From Candidatus Eiseniibacteriota bacterium (GTDB lineage: Bacteria; Eisenbacteria; RBG-16-71-46; SZUA-252), in assembly GCA_036274595.1 (NCBI GenBank), contig DASUFL010000087.1, forward strand, positions 2,348 to 66,347: 64,000 bases of DNA, read 5' to 3'. Within the stretch, counting starts at the first letter, position 1. Each line of letters opens with the position of its first letter. The position numbers were made by a program, and so were the translations under genes. The notes under the pieces are model-generated. The model worked only from the letters and a program-made list of their open reading frames with translations. It had not been told where the DNA came from and did no database searches. Positions 27,218-36,489 of this stretch are shown here, piece after piece.

Positions 27218-28936
27218 GTGTGCCCGCAAAGGGAAAGGGGGGAGAATGGCGCTCTCTCCGCTCCAGAACGGCTCCCCGGCTGCCGATTCATCCCCTGCAT
27301 GCCTCTCCCCAAGCGCACCCAGAACGGGAAGCCCCGGCCGCGGGCTCGGGCCAGTGCCGCCCCCAACGCTCCGTTCGAGCGGAAATCGTGGTGGCTGCTC
27401 GGCCTCGCCCTTCTCATCATCATCGCGCTCTCGTGCACGATCCCGTCCCTCTACGTCGGGCTGATCCGCTCCGGCTTCCTCGGCGACCACGTCCCCGCGA
27501 GCGGCGAGGCGGTCCTCCTGACGGGGCTCATCGGGCTCACCCTCCTCTTCTGCCTCTACATGGTCCACCAGCAGGCCCAGCTCAACACCCTGCGGCGGAA
27601 GATGCACTACGACTCGATGGAGCTGGAGCAGGCGCGCGGGCGCCTCGCCGAGCTCACGTCCCTCTTCCAGCTCGGAGGGACGCTCCAGATGAACCTCCCG
27701 CTCGGAACCGTCGCCGAGATCACCGTGCGACGCGTCGCGAGCTCGCTCCACTCGTACGATGCGACGCTCTTCCTGATCGACGCGGACGGACGGCGGCTCG
27801 TGCCGCGCGCGAGCTTCGGCCTGACCGCGCGCGGACCCGAGCCCGAGGCCCTCGTCGGTGAGGGGGCGCTCGGCTGGGCGGCCCGGGCGCGCGAGCCCAT
27901 CCTGATGCGCGCCGCCGATCACGAGGCGCGCTTCGCCGACTTCTTCACCAGGCACCCGGACGCGGGCTCGGTCCTGATCCTGCCGGTCTGCGTGGAGAAG
28001 CGGTGCATCGGGGTCCTTCAAGTATGCCGCGCCTCGTGCGCCGATCCCTTCCGGATCGAGCACCGAGACGTGGGGCAGCTCTTCGCCGACAACGTCGCGC
28101 CGGTGATCGACCGCGCGCAGGCACAGCTCCGGTTCCGCGAGGCGGCGGCGGCGGCCGGCACGGTGACGCCTCCGGCGGAGGAGGTCGCTTCGGGCGCCTT
28201 CCGCGATGTCTTCCTGACCTCGGCCGCGAACGAGCTCAAGTCCCCGCTCACGAGCCTCGTCGCGTACACCGAAGTCTTCGACCAGAACGATCCGGCGATG
28301 ACGCCGGCCACGCGGCGCGAGTTCACGGCGCGGCTCTACGAGGAAGCGCAGCGCATGCTCGGCCTCGTCGACGACGTGCTCGACCTGGTCCGCCTCGAGC
28401 TGGGGCGCTACCTCCTCGACGTGCGGCTCGGAAGCGTGAATCAGGCCGTTCGCGCGGCGCGCGACATCGTGGCCCCCTTCGCGGAGAGCCGCTCGGTGGC
28501 GATCGATCTCGATCTCGAGGGATCGATCCCCGACCAGCACTTCGATCCCGCCAAGATCCGGCAGTCGCTCGTCCACATCCTGCGCCACGCGATCCGCTTC
28601 TCGCCGCAGCGCTCCAGGGTCCGGCTCCGCTCCATCGTGGACGGCGAGGGAATGCTGATCGAGGTGAAGGATTCGGGACCGACGATTCCCGCGGAAGCCT
28701 CGGAGGCGATGTTCAATCTGGAGTCCGTCGGCGATCAGTTCGGCAAGCGGTGCAAGGAGCGCCAGGGCTTCGGGCTCCATCTCGCGCGCCGCTTCGTCGA
28801 GCTCCACGGCGGCCGCGTGGGCGCGGGCCCGGCGCCCGACGGCGGCGCCGTGATCTGGATGCGACTGCCCCGCGGCGAAGACCTCTCGAGCCTCCTCGGC
28901 TCGGCTCCATTCATGGAGGACTTCGCGAAGTCCTAG
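27218..28936 (+). CDS. membrane-anchored GAF-domain sensor histidine kinase
   Basis: Two TM helices, GAF-like middle, HisKA (ANELKSPLTS) and HATPase_c (G-boxes DSGPTIP, GFGLHLARRFVELHGG). Alternative start at ATG 27299. Confidence 0.75.
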   Translation: MCPQRERGENGALSAPERLPGCRFIPCMPLPKRTQNGKPRPRARASAAPNAPFERKSWWLLGLALLIIIALSCTIPSLYVGLIRSGFLGDHVPASGEAVLLTGLIGLTLLFCLYMVHQQAQLNTLRRKMHYDSMELEQARGRLAELTSLFQLGGTLQMNLPLGTVAEITVRRVASSLHSYDATLFLIDADGRRLVPRASFGLTARGPEPEALVGEGALGWAARAREPILMRAADHEARFADFFTRHPDAGSVLILPVCVEKRCIGVLQVCRASCADPFRIEHRDVGQLFADNVAPVIDRAQAQLRFREAAAAAGTVTPPAEEVASGAFRDVFLTSAANELKSPLTSLVAYTEVFDQNDPAMTPATRREFTARLYEEAQRMLGLVDDVLDLVRLELGRYLLDVRLGSVNQAVRAARDIVAPFAESRSVAIDLDLEGSIPDQHFDPAKIRQSLVHILRHAIRFSPQRSRVRLRSIVDGEGMLIEVKDSGPTIPAEASEAMFNLESVGDQFGKRCKERQGFGLHLARRFVELHGGRVGAGPAPDGGAVIWMRLPRGEDLSSLLGSAPFMEDFAKS

Positions 28937-28943
28937 CTTCGCG

Positions 28944-30050
28944 TCAGGACGCGGCGCGCCGCGAGCGGGCCGCCGACCCGAGCGCCGCCTGCACCGTCGC
29001 CAGCTCCCCCACGTTCTCGAGCGTGAGCATCCCCACCAGCTTGCCGTCTTCCTCGAGGACCGGAAGCGCCGGGCAGCCGCTCTCCTGCATGCGCAGCACC
29101 GCCCCCTCCAGCATCTCGCGCGGATGCGCCGATCCGCACGTGCGCCGCGCGATCTCGTCGACGCGCACGTTCGTCTTTCCCTCGCTCAGCGCCCGGAAGA
29201 GATCCGCGCGAAGCAGGATGCCCACGGGCGGGATCCCGGGCAGGCCGATGACCGGAAAGTCCTGCTGGTGCCCGTTCAGGAGGAGCTCGACCGCGCGCGA
29301 CACAGGCTCGTCTCCCTGGAGCGCGCGAAAGTCCCGGATCATCGCCTTCCAGACCGGAACGCCGTCGAACGCCGATCGCATCTGCACCGCCGCCGACTCC
29401 TGCCCCGCCCCCAGGAAGACGAACATCGCGATGAAGAGGAGCATCGGATTCCAGATGAGGCCGAGGAGGCCGAAGAGGATCGCGATCCCCTGCCCGATCG
29501 AGGCCGCGATCCGCGTGGCCTTCACGTAGTCGAGCCGGATCGCGAGGAGCGCGCGGAGCACGCGACCGCCGTCCATCGGAAAGGCCGGGATCATGTTGAA
29601 GATCACGAGAAGGACGTTCATACCGAGGAGCTTCGTCACGAAGTTGTGCTCGAGGGCGTCCGCCGTCGCGAAGGTGCGGAGATTTCCCGTGGCCGCGATG
29701 AGTGCGAGGAGGAGGGAAGCGATCAGCACGTTCACCGCGGGGCCCGCGAGGGCCACCGCGATCTCCTGGGCCGGCTTGTCCGGAATCCGCTCCAGACGGG
29801 CGACGCCGCCGATGGGAAGGAGCGTGATGTCGCGCGTCCTCACCCCGAAGCGCCGCGCCGTGAGCGCGTGCCCCAGCTCGTGGAGCACGAGGCAGGTGAA
29901 GAGGGCGATGATGAGGGCGATCGCCTCGATGCCCCGCCCCGGATCACCCTGCGCTTCGGCGAACCAGGCATAGGGGAAGATAAGGAAGAAGGTCGCGTGC
30001 ACGCGGAGCGGGATGCCCGCGAGCGTCGCGACCTTCCAGGACCAGCGCAT
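28944..30050 (-). CDS. site-2 protease family (M50) zinc metalloprotease with C-terminal CBS pair
   Basis: HELGH in the first TM region, LDG-like motif (FPMDGGRVL), and a CBS-like C-terminal domain. Confidence 0.8.
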   Translation of the reverse strand: MRWSWKVATLAGIPLRVHATFFLIFPYAWFAEAQGDPGRGIEAIALIIALFTCLVLHELGHALTARRFGVRTRDITLLPIGGVARLERIPDKPAQEIAVALAGPAVNVLIASLLLALIAATGNLRTFATADALEHNFVTKLLGMNVLLVIFNMIPAFPMDGGRVLRALLAIRLDYVKATRIAASIGQGIAILFGLLGLIWNPMLLFIAMFVFLGAGQESAAVQMRSAFDGVPVWKAMIRDFRALQGDEPVSRAVELLLNGHQQDFPVIGLPGIPPVGILLRADLFRALSEGKTNVRVDEIARRTCGSAHPREMLEGAVLRMQESGCPALPVLEEDGKLVGMLTLENVGELATVQAALGSAARSRRAAS

Positions 30051-30058
30051 GTGGTGTA

Positions 30059-30805
30059 TCAGGAACCGGTGCGGGTCACCTTGAGCGGAGCATCGAGCAC
30101 GACGTTGATCTTCTGCCCGGTTCCGAGAACGATCTGGTCGCCCTTCGTCGCGACGGCGACGCCGGTGCCCACGACCGCGCCCACTGCGGCTCCCTTGGCC
30201 ACGTCACCGGATCCGTGCCCCAGCACGCCGCCCAGGATGCCGCCCGCGACGGCGCCTCCGCCGATCTCGAGCGCGCTCTCCTTGGCGTCCCCCTTGCCCT
30301 CCAGGCGAAGCGGCGCGGCGGAGATGTCATAGGTCGTCCCGTCCGGCAGCTTGATGCTGTCGTAACGGAGCGTCAGCTTGGCCCCGCCGGCGACGCGTCC
30401 CGCTCCGTCCACATAGGAGAGGTGGCCGCGGATCGTCGAGCCGGCCGGCACGGCCGTGGCGCCGTCCACGGTCTTGGCGAGGACGGTGCGGATGCTGAAG
30501 GGATCGCCGACGTGATTCTTGCCGGAGTCGAGCGTTTGCTGGAGCGTGCCCGTGAAGGACGTCCCGGCCGCCAGCGTGTACGTGCGCGACGTCGGCCCCG
30601 CCTTCGACGGGGCTTGCTCCGAAGCTTGCTCCTCTCCGGCCGGCGTGAGCTTGTCCTCGGTGGCCGTCGCCCCCTGGTCCTTCGGCTGCTCCTTGTCCGC
30701 GACCGCCTTCTGCTGATCGCCGCAGCCGGCGAGCACGAATGCCAGGACGAGGACGCCACCCATTCCACTCAGCGTTCGCATCATGCGCTTGTCGAGCATC
30801 GTCAT
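30059..30805 (-). CDS. hypothetical lipoprotein with C-terminal glycine-zipper segment
   Basis: Lipobox LAGC. Low-complexity linker and Gly-rich stretch GGGAVAGGILGGVLGHGSGDVAKGAAVGAVVGTGVAV. Confidence 0.5.
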   Translation of the reverse strand: MTMLDKRMMRTLSGMGGVLVLAFVLAGCGDQQKAVADKEQPKDQGATATEDKLTPAGEEQASEQAPSKAGPTSRTYTLAAGTSFTGTLQQTLDSGKNHVGDPFSIRTVLAKTVDGATAVPAGSTIRGHLSYVDGAGRVAGGAKLTLRYDSIKLPDGTTYDISAAPLRLEGKGDAKESALEIGGGAVAGGILGGVLGHGSGDVAKGAAVGAVVGTGVAVATKGDQIVLGTGQKINVVLDAPLKVTRTGS

Positions 30806-30815
30806 TCTCCTTCGT

Positions 30816-32930
30816 TCAGGCCTGGCCTAGATAGCGATCCAGCCATTCCCGAACCTCACGGTTCCAGACGAGCGAGTTCTTGGGTTTCAAGACCCAGTGG
30901 TTCTCGTCCGGGAAGAAGACCAGGCGGGAATCGACCCGCTTGGCTTGGTAGATGTTGTACGCGGCGAGCGCCTGCGTGTGCGGCACGCGGTAGTCGCGCT
31001 CTCCGTGAAGAATCAGCATCGGCGTCGTGAATCCGCGCGCGAACCGCGCGGGATTCCACCGGTCGATCGCCTCGAGCCGGTCCCACGGCTCCCCGCCGTA
31101 GGCCTGATGCCTCCCCTGCGTGACGTCGCTCCCGTACTCGGCCAGCAGATCGAACACGCCCGCGTGGTTCACGAGACAGCGGAAGCGATCCGTGTGCCCC
31201 GCGATCCAGCAGACGAGGTATCCGCCGTAGGAGCCGCCCGCCGCGGCCATGCGCGCGGGATCCACGAAGCCGGTCTCGATCAGGACGTCGGTCGCGCGCA
31301 TGATGTCGGTGAACGGCTTGTCTCCATGCCCGCCCTGGATGCAGGCGGCGAACTCCTGCCCCCACGACGTCGATCCGTGGAAGTTCACGGACGCGACCAC
31401 GTAGCCGCGGGCCGCGAAGAGATGCGGATTCCACCGGAAGTGGAAGTTGTCCCCCGAGATCGCGTGCGGCCCGCCGTGGATGACGTGGACCAGCGGCCAC
31501 TTCTTCGACGGATCGAAGTTGGGCGGGAGCGTCACGTACATCTGGACCGGATCGTTGTCCGCTCCCTGGAAGATCATCTCGCGCACCTCGCCCATCGCGA
31601 TCCCGGCGAGGATGGGAGCGTTGAAGCTCGTGTGCATCTGGAGGTCGCTGCCGTCCGGCTTGGCGCTCGCCGCCTCGGCGGGCGCGCTCAGCGACTGGAT
31701 CGTGAAGTAGAGGCGGCCGTCCCGGCCCACCCTGAGCCCGCCGACGGTCCCTGGGATTCCGAGGGGGCGCGGCGTCGGCTCCTCGGCCGGAAAATGGAAC
31801 AGCGCATTCCTGCCTCGATCCTCCGCATCGATCGCGAGCGAGCCGTCAGGGAGGAACTCCCACGCTCCCGCCGAGCGATCCCACGCCTCGGTGAGCGTCC
31901 GATGCGTGTCCGTCGCGCGGTCGTAGCGCACGAGCCGCACCTTGTCGGCATAGAAGAAGGGATCGCGCTGTGCGCCGTAGACGATCGACCGCCCGTCGGG
32001 CGAATAGCGCGGACGGAGCGCGTCGGACACGTTCTCGGGCGAGCCCTCCGGCGTCAGGCAGCGCACCGGCCCTTGGCCGGACGTCGGAACCGTGTAGACG
32101 GCCCAGCGCAGAAGGTAATGAGGCGGCTGGCTGGAGTTGGCGGAGAACGCGATCTCCGATCCGTCCGGGGCGATGTCGTAATGCCCCGTCGGATCCATGA
32201 AGTCGAGCCAGCCCGCTCCGTCGGGGGTGAGATCGGTGAGAGCGCGCGTCGCGAGATCGAGCACGAACAGATGCGGGCGCTCGCCTCCCGTGAGCCACTT
32301 GTCCCAGAAGCGGTAGATGCGATCCGAGGTCACGTGCGCCTTCACCGGATCCTTGGCGCGCTTCTCGAGGAGCTCCTTCGTCCCGACGGGCGTGGGCGCG
32401 TCCGCGAGCAGGAACGCGACGAACGCGATCCGCTTCCCATCCGGGAGCCAGCGTGGATCCATCGCGCCGAGCGGCATCTCGGTGAGGCGCTCGGGCTCGC
32501 CCCCCTGGAGCGCGAGGATGTGGATCTGCGGCTTCTCGTCTCCCTGGCACCGCGCGTAGAGGAGCCGCGTGCCGTCGGGGGAGAGCGCGGGCTCGGTGGA
32601 CGAGGCATCCGCGCTGGTCAACGGGCGCGCCTCACCCTGGCGGGGAATCCGCCAGAGACGTGCGCGGCCGCGATTCTCTTCGATGTCGTAGGTCGTGACG
32701 GGAACGATCAGGAAGGAACCGTCCGGCGCGGGCGCGGGAGCGCCGACGCGGCTCATGCGCCAGAGATCCTCCGCCGCCATGGGACGCTGGCCACGGTTCC
32801 GGGCCTGGTGAAGGACGGCGAACGGCTGTGCTTCCGATCGGGGCTCGGCGACGTGCACGGCACACCTCCGGTGGGGAGAGACCCGCAGCCACCCCGGCGT
32901 GGGCGCGGGACTGACGGAATGGGTCATCAT
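30816..32930 (-). CDS. S9 family serine peptidase (prolyl oligopeptidase/acylaminoacyl-peptidase type) with N-terminal beta-propeller
   Basis: TolB-like WD/propeller repeats. C-terminal alpha/beta hydrolase with GGSYGG nucleophile motif, and Asp/His later (HGERDYRVP...ENHWV). Start uncertain (M1 at 32930 or M51 at 32780). Confidence 0.8.
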   Translation of the reverse strand: MMTHSVSPAPTPGWLRVSPHRRCAVHVAEPRSEAQPFAVLHQARNRGQRPMAAEDLWRMSRVGAPAPAPDGSFLIVPVTTYDIEENRGRARLWRIPRQGEARPLTSADASSTEPALSPDGTRLLYARCQGDEKPQIHILALQGGEPERLTEMPLGAMDPRWLPDGKRIAFVAFLLADAPTPVGTKELLEKRAKDPVKAHVTSDRIYRFWDKWLTGGERPHLFVLDLATRALTDLTPDGAGWLDFMDPTGHYDIAPDGSEIAFSANSSQPPHYLLRWAVYTVPTSGQGPVRCLTPEGSPENVSDALRPRYSPDGRSIVYGAQRDPFFYADKVRLVRYDRATDTHRTLTEAWDRSAGAWEFLPDGSLAIDAEDRGRNALFHFPAEEPTPRPLGIPGTVGGLRVGRDGRLYFTIQSLSAPAEAASAKPDGSDLQMHTSFNAPILAGIAMGEVREMIFQGADNDPVQMYVTLPPNFDPSKKWPLVHVIHGGPHAISGDNFHFRWNPHLFAARGYVVASVNFHGSTSWGQEFAACIQGGHGDKPFTDIMRATDVLIETGFVDPARMAAAGGSYGGYLVCWIAGHTDRFRCLVNHAGVFDLLAEYGSDVTQGRHQAYGGEPWDRLEAIDRWNPARFARGFTTPMLILHGERDYRVPHTQALAAYNIYQAKRVDSRLVFFPDENHWVLKPKNSLVWNREVREWLDRYLGQA

Positions 32931-32981
32931 AGACGACCCACGCCGCCGACGGAACCGCGGAACGCGGCTCCGGGAGTCGGG

Positions 32982-34130
32982 CTAGTAGCGAAAGACCGCC
33001 GCGATCGGGCTGGCGGTGGGCATCGAGGCGCGTGGCACTACGAAGGCCTCGCCACCCCGCTTGAGCGCTTCCTCGCAAAGGTCGTCGAGGAGATCGTCGT
33101 CCACGGCGTCGAGCTGACGCTCGCGCCGCTCCACCGAGCCCGTGGCCCGGTCGAGGATCCCCCAGACCGTCTCGCCCTCGGCTGCGAGCACGCACGACAC
33201 CCGTCCCTGGATCACGGCTTCCGCCACGGACTCGATGCGATCGCTCGCGAGGCCGCTCGGGGCCGACGTCTTGTAGCGCTCGACCCAAGGCTCGAAGCCA
33301 CGCGGCGCGGCCGCGCTCACGATGGGCCACGCGTCCGCATGGATCTTGTCGCCGTTCGCGTGCTCGTAGCTCCCCTCGAGCATGGTGGCCATCAGATGCG
33401 GGTACGTGTTCGCCTCGTGGTAGATCGGCTGGTAGTACTTCACCGCGGCGAGGAGGAGCGGGGCGCGCTCGCCGTGCAGGAATTCGCGGAGCGCCTTGTC
33501 GATGACATGGAAGTAGGAGAGGAGATCTTCCTTCGTCTCCTCCTTCCCCGGCCCGTAGCCGTGATACGCGGCGCCCCCCGCGTGCAGCGTCATCAAGCGG
33601 CGCTCGTTCACCACCTCGCCGAGCGCGTCGGTGACGCTCTGCGGGAGCCCGGGCACGTCCACGGCCGACGCGCCGAGCGGCCCGCCCTCGAAGAGCCGCG
33701 CCGATTTCTGGCTCACGGCGAGGACGAAGTAGCGGGTCGCCTCATGCTTGAGACGGAGGAGCGGCTTCACGTGGAACGAGTCGGCCACCACCGCGATCTC
33801 GGGCAGGGACGCGGACACGCGGTACGCGGCCGCGAGCGATGGCGAGAGGAAAGCCGCGAATCCGTCGAGCGAGCGCTGCCAGTGCGATTCCTGCTCGAGC
33901 GCGCGGAGCGGAGCGATCATCGCTTCGGCATCGGGCGCGTCCTGCTTGAGGAGCGCCGCCGCCTTGTCGACGAGATTCCGGTAGCGGAGGGGATCCTGCC
34001 GCTTCTCCGGAAAACGGCGCGAGGTCGGCAGGTAGATCGAAACGCATGGGGCGCCTGCCGCCTGGAGAAGCGGCTTCAGGTCCTCGCTCCGGAAGGTCTG
34101 GACGTCGATCTTTTGTGCGCGGGAGGCCAT
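32982..34130 (-). CDS. eRF1/Pelota-like (bacterial baeRF / host-attachment-type) protein
   Basis: 382 aa. C-terminal segment ...VWGILDRATGSVE...DLLDDLCEEALKRGGEAFVV...SPIAAVFRY resembles domain 3 of eRF1/Pelota, which ends GGI(A/G)AILRY/F. No GGQ motif. Confidence 0.5.
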   Translation of the reverse strand: MASRAQKIDVQTFRSEDLKPLLQAAGAPCVSIYLPTSRRFPEKRQDPLRYRNLVDKAAALLKQDAPDAEAMIAPLRALEQESHWQRSLDGFAAFLSPSLAAAYRVSASLPEIAVVADSFHVKPLLRLKHEATRYFVLAVSQKSARLFEGGPLGASAVDVPGLPQSVTDALGEVVNERRLMTLHAGGAAYHGYGPGKEETKEDLLSYFHVIDKALREFLHGERAPLLLAAVKYYQPIYHEANTYPHLMATMLEGSYEHANGDKIHADAWPIVSAAAPRGFEPWVERYKTSAPSGLASDRIESVAEAVIQGRVSCVLAAEGETVWGILDRATGSVERRERQLDAVDDDLLDDLCEEALKRGGEAFVVPRASMPTASPIAAVFRY

Positions 34131-34133
34131 GGC

Positions 34134-34367
34134 TCAGACCGCCTTGGGTGCCGGGGGCGGAAGCGCGATCGCGACGACGGCGGAGTCGAAGCCACAGGTC
34201 TTGTGCGCCGAGTCGCAGAACGGCTTCTTGGAGGACTGTCCGCAGCGGCAGAGGGTGATCGCGGTGCGACCCGCCAGGTCGAACTCGCGGCCGTCCTGAT
34301 CCACGATCGTGAACTCCCCCTCGATGCGGATGGGGCCGTTGTTCCGGATGATGATCTTGGCGGGCAT
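34134..34367 (-). CDS. CDGSH-type iron-sulfur domain protein (variant CDSAH)
   Basis: 77 aa from ATG at 34367. Motif [17 protein letters not shown] = C-X-C-X2-S-X3-P-X-C-D-S-A-H. Lies 3 nt upstream of the eRF1-like gene. Confidence 0.75.
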   Translation of the reverse strand: MPAKIIIRNNGPIRIEGEFTIVDQDGREFDLAGRTAITLCRCGQSSKKPFCDSAHKTCGFDSAVVAIALPPPAPKAV

Positions 34368-34497
34368 TCGCTCCTCCCAGGTCCATGGATCGGGCCCACG
34401 CCGGTGCGCGGCGGTCCCCCTCGTCGTCGCCTCCAAGTATATACTCCCCGGGAACCGTCTCGCCTCATCCCCCAAACCCAGAGAGGTCAGCCGCCCC

Positions 34498-36177
34498 ATG
34501 GCGCCCCAGTACATCTTCACGATGGTCAATCTCGGCAAGGTCCATCCGCCCAACAAGGAGGTCCTGAAGGGGATCTACCTGTCCTTCTATCCGGGCGCCA
34601 AGATCGGCGTCCTCGGCCAGAACGGCGCGGGCAAGAGCACGCTCCTCCGCATCATGGCCGGAGTCGAGGAGCCGACGTCGGGCGAGGCCAGGCCGGCCAG
34701 GGGGATCAAGGTCGGCTTCCTGCCCCAGGAGCCCGTGCTCGATCCCACGAAGGACGTGCTCGGCAACATCCAGGAGGGCGTGGCCGAGACGAAGGCGCTG
34801 CTGGACCGCTTCAACGAGCTGAACATGAAGCTGGGCGAGTCGCTCTCCGACGCCGAGATGGAGAAGGTGATGGAAGAGCACGGACGCGTGATGGCCGAGA
34901 TCGAGGCGGTCAATGCCTGGGAGCTCGACCGCACGCTCGAGATCGCGATGGATGCGCTCCGCGTGCCCCCTGGCGATGCCAAGGTCGAGACCTTGTCGGG
35001 TGGCGAGCGGCGCCGCGTCGCTCTCTGCCGGCTCCTGTTGACGCGTCCTGATTTGCTGTTGCTGGACGAGCCCACGAACCACCTCGACGCCGAGTCGGTG
35101 GCGTGGCTCGAGCGCTTCCTCCACGACTACCCCGGCACCGTCGTCGCCGTGACCCACGACCGCTACTTCCTCGACAACGTCGCCGGCTGGATCCTCGAGC
35201 TGGATCGCGGACAGGGCATTCCCTGGGAGGGAAACTACTCGTCCTGGCTCGATCAGAAGAAGAACCGGCTCGCGCTCGAGGAGAAGGCCGAGTCCTCGCG
35301 CCAGCGCACGCTCGCCCGCGAGCTCGAATGGATCCGCATGTCGCCCCGCGCGCGGCAGGCCAAGAGCAAGGCGCGCGTCACCGCGTATGAGGAATTGCTG
35401 CGAGAGGACACGGAGAAGCGGAGCGAGATCACCGAGATCACGATCCCCCCCGGCCCGCGCCTCGGGAACCTCGTGGTCGAAGCGACGAACCTCTCGAAGG
35501 GCTACGGCGACCGAGCGTTGATCGAGGACCTCTCGTTCCGTCTCCCTCCCGGCGGCATCGTCGGCATCATCGGCCCGAACGGCGCCGGCAAGACGACGCT
35601 CTTCCGCATGATCGCCGGCCAGGAGAAGCCGGATGGCGGCACGCTCCGCCTCGGCGACACGGTGACGCTCTCCTACGTGGACCAGTCGCGCGAGGCCCTC
35701 GACGGCAAGAAGACGGTGTGGGAGGAGATCTCCGGAGGCGAGGACCTGATCGAGCTCGGCACCCGGAGCGTCCCCTCGCGCTCCTACGTGGCCGCCTTCA
35801 ACTTCAAGGGCGCCGATCAGCAAAAGCCCGTGAAGAACCTCTCCGGCGGCGAGCGGAACCGCGTGCACCTGGCCAAGGTCTTGAAGTCAGGCGGGAACTT
35901 GCTGCTCCTCGACGAGCCGACGAACGACCTCGACGTCGATACGCTGCGCGCGCTCGAAGAGGCGATCCTGGGCTTCGCGGGCTGCGTTTGCGTGATCACC
36001 CACGATCGCTGGTTCCTCGACCGGATCGCCACGCACATGCTGGCGTTCGAAGAGGACGGGAGCGTGGTGTGGTTCGAGGGCAACTTCCAGGACTACGAAG
36101 CCAACCGCCACATGCGCCTGGGAGCCGCGGCGGACCAGCCGCACCGGCCGAGGTACAAGAAGCTGGTGCGGGAGTAG
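34498..36177 (+). CDS. ettA: energy-dependent translational throttle protein EttA (ABC-F ATPase)
   Basis: 559 aa. Two ABC cassettes ([31 protein letters not shown]; [20 protein letters not shown]) and an arm/linker region; near-identical in length to E. coli EttA. Confidence 0.9.
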   Translation: MAPQYIFTMVNLGKVHPPNKEVLKGIYLSFYPGAKIGVLGQNGAGKSTLLRIMAGVEEPTSGEARPARGIKVGFLPQEPVLDPTKDVLGNIQEGVAETKALLDRFNELNMKLGESLSDAEMEKVMEEHGRVMAEIEAVNAWELDRTLEIAMDALRVPPGDAKVETLSGGERRRVALCRLLLTRPDLLLLDEPTNHLDAESVAWLERFLHDYPGTVVAVTHDRYFLDNVAGWILELDRGQGIPWEGNYSSWLDQKKNRLALEEKAESSRQRTLARELEWIRMSPRARQAKSKARVTAYEELLREDTEKRSEITEITIPPGPRLGNLVVEATNLSKGYGDRALIEDLSFRLPPGGIVGIIGPNGAGKTTLFRMIAGQEKPDGGTLRLGDTVTLSYVDQSREALDGKKTVWEEISGGEDLIELGTRSVPSRSYVAAFNFKGADQQKPVKNLSGGERNRVHLAKVLKSGGNLLLLDEPTNDLDVDTLRALEEAILGFAGCVCVITHDRWFLDRIATHMLAFEEDGSVVWFEGNFQDYEANRHMRLGAAADQPHRPRYKKLVRE

Positions 36178-36489
36178 ATGCCGAGAGCCCTCCCCCGGCA
36201 GACGCCCCACATGAGCCGATGTCGCCCGTTTCTGCGCCTTATCAGGCAGAAGCGTCGTCGGTCGCGACTGGAGAGCACGGTCGAGCCCGCGGCCGCCCTA
36301 CTTATGCCCTGACATCCGTTTCGCCATAATACACACTCACCCCATGGCTTAGCGGACCCAGGCGCCGCCCGGGGCGCCCGTCCGAGCCTCCCCCGCGATC
36401 CCGCGCTCCTCGATATCCCGATCCAGCTTCAGGTCCAGCTTCATGAGGTCGCTCGGTACTGACCGACCGTGCTCTAGGGGGGCACTCTC

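Noticed and set aside
30897-35051. 1384-aa ORF on plus strand spanning antisense of the S9 peptidase, baeRF-like, CDGSH and ettA regions
   Set aside because: Antisense or alternate-frame artefact: Arg/Gly/Asp-rich with no domain signatures. It is contradicted by four well-supported genes in the region.
36290-36330. Weak promoter-like hexamers (TTATGC-17-CATAAT) upstream of the FG-GAP gene
   Set aside because: Poor -35 match; not distinguishable from chance.
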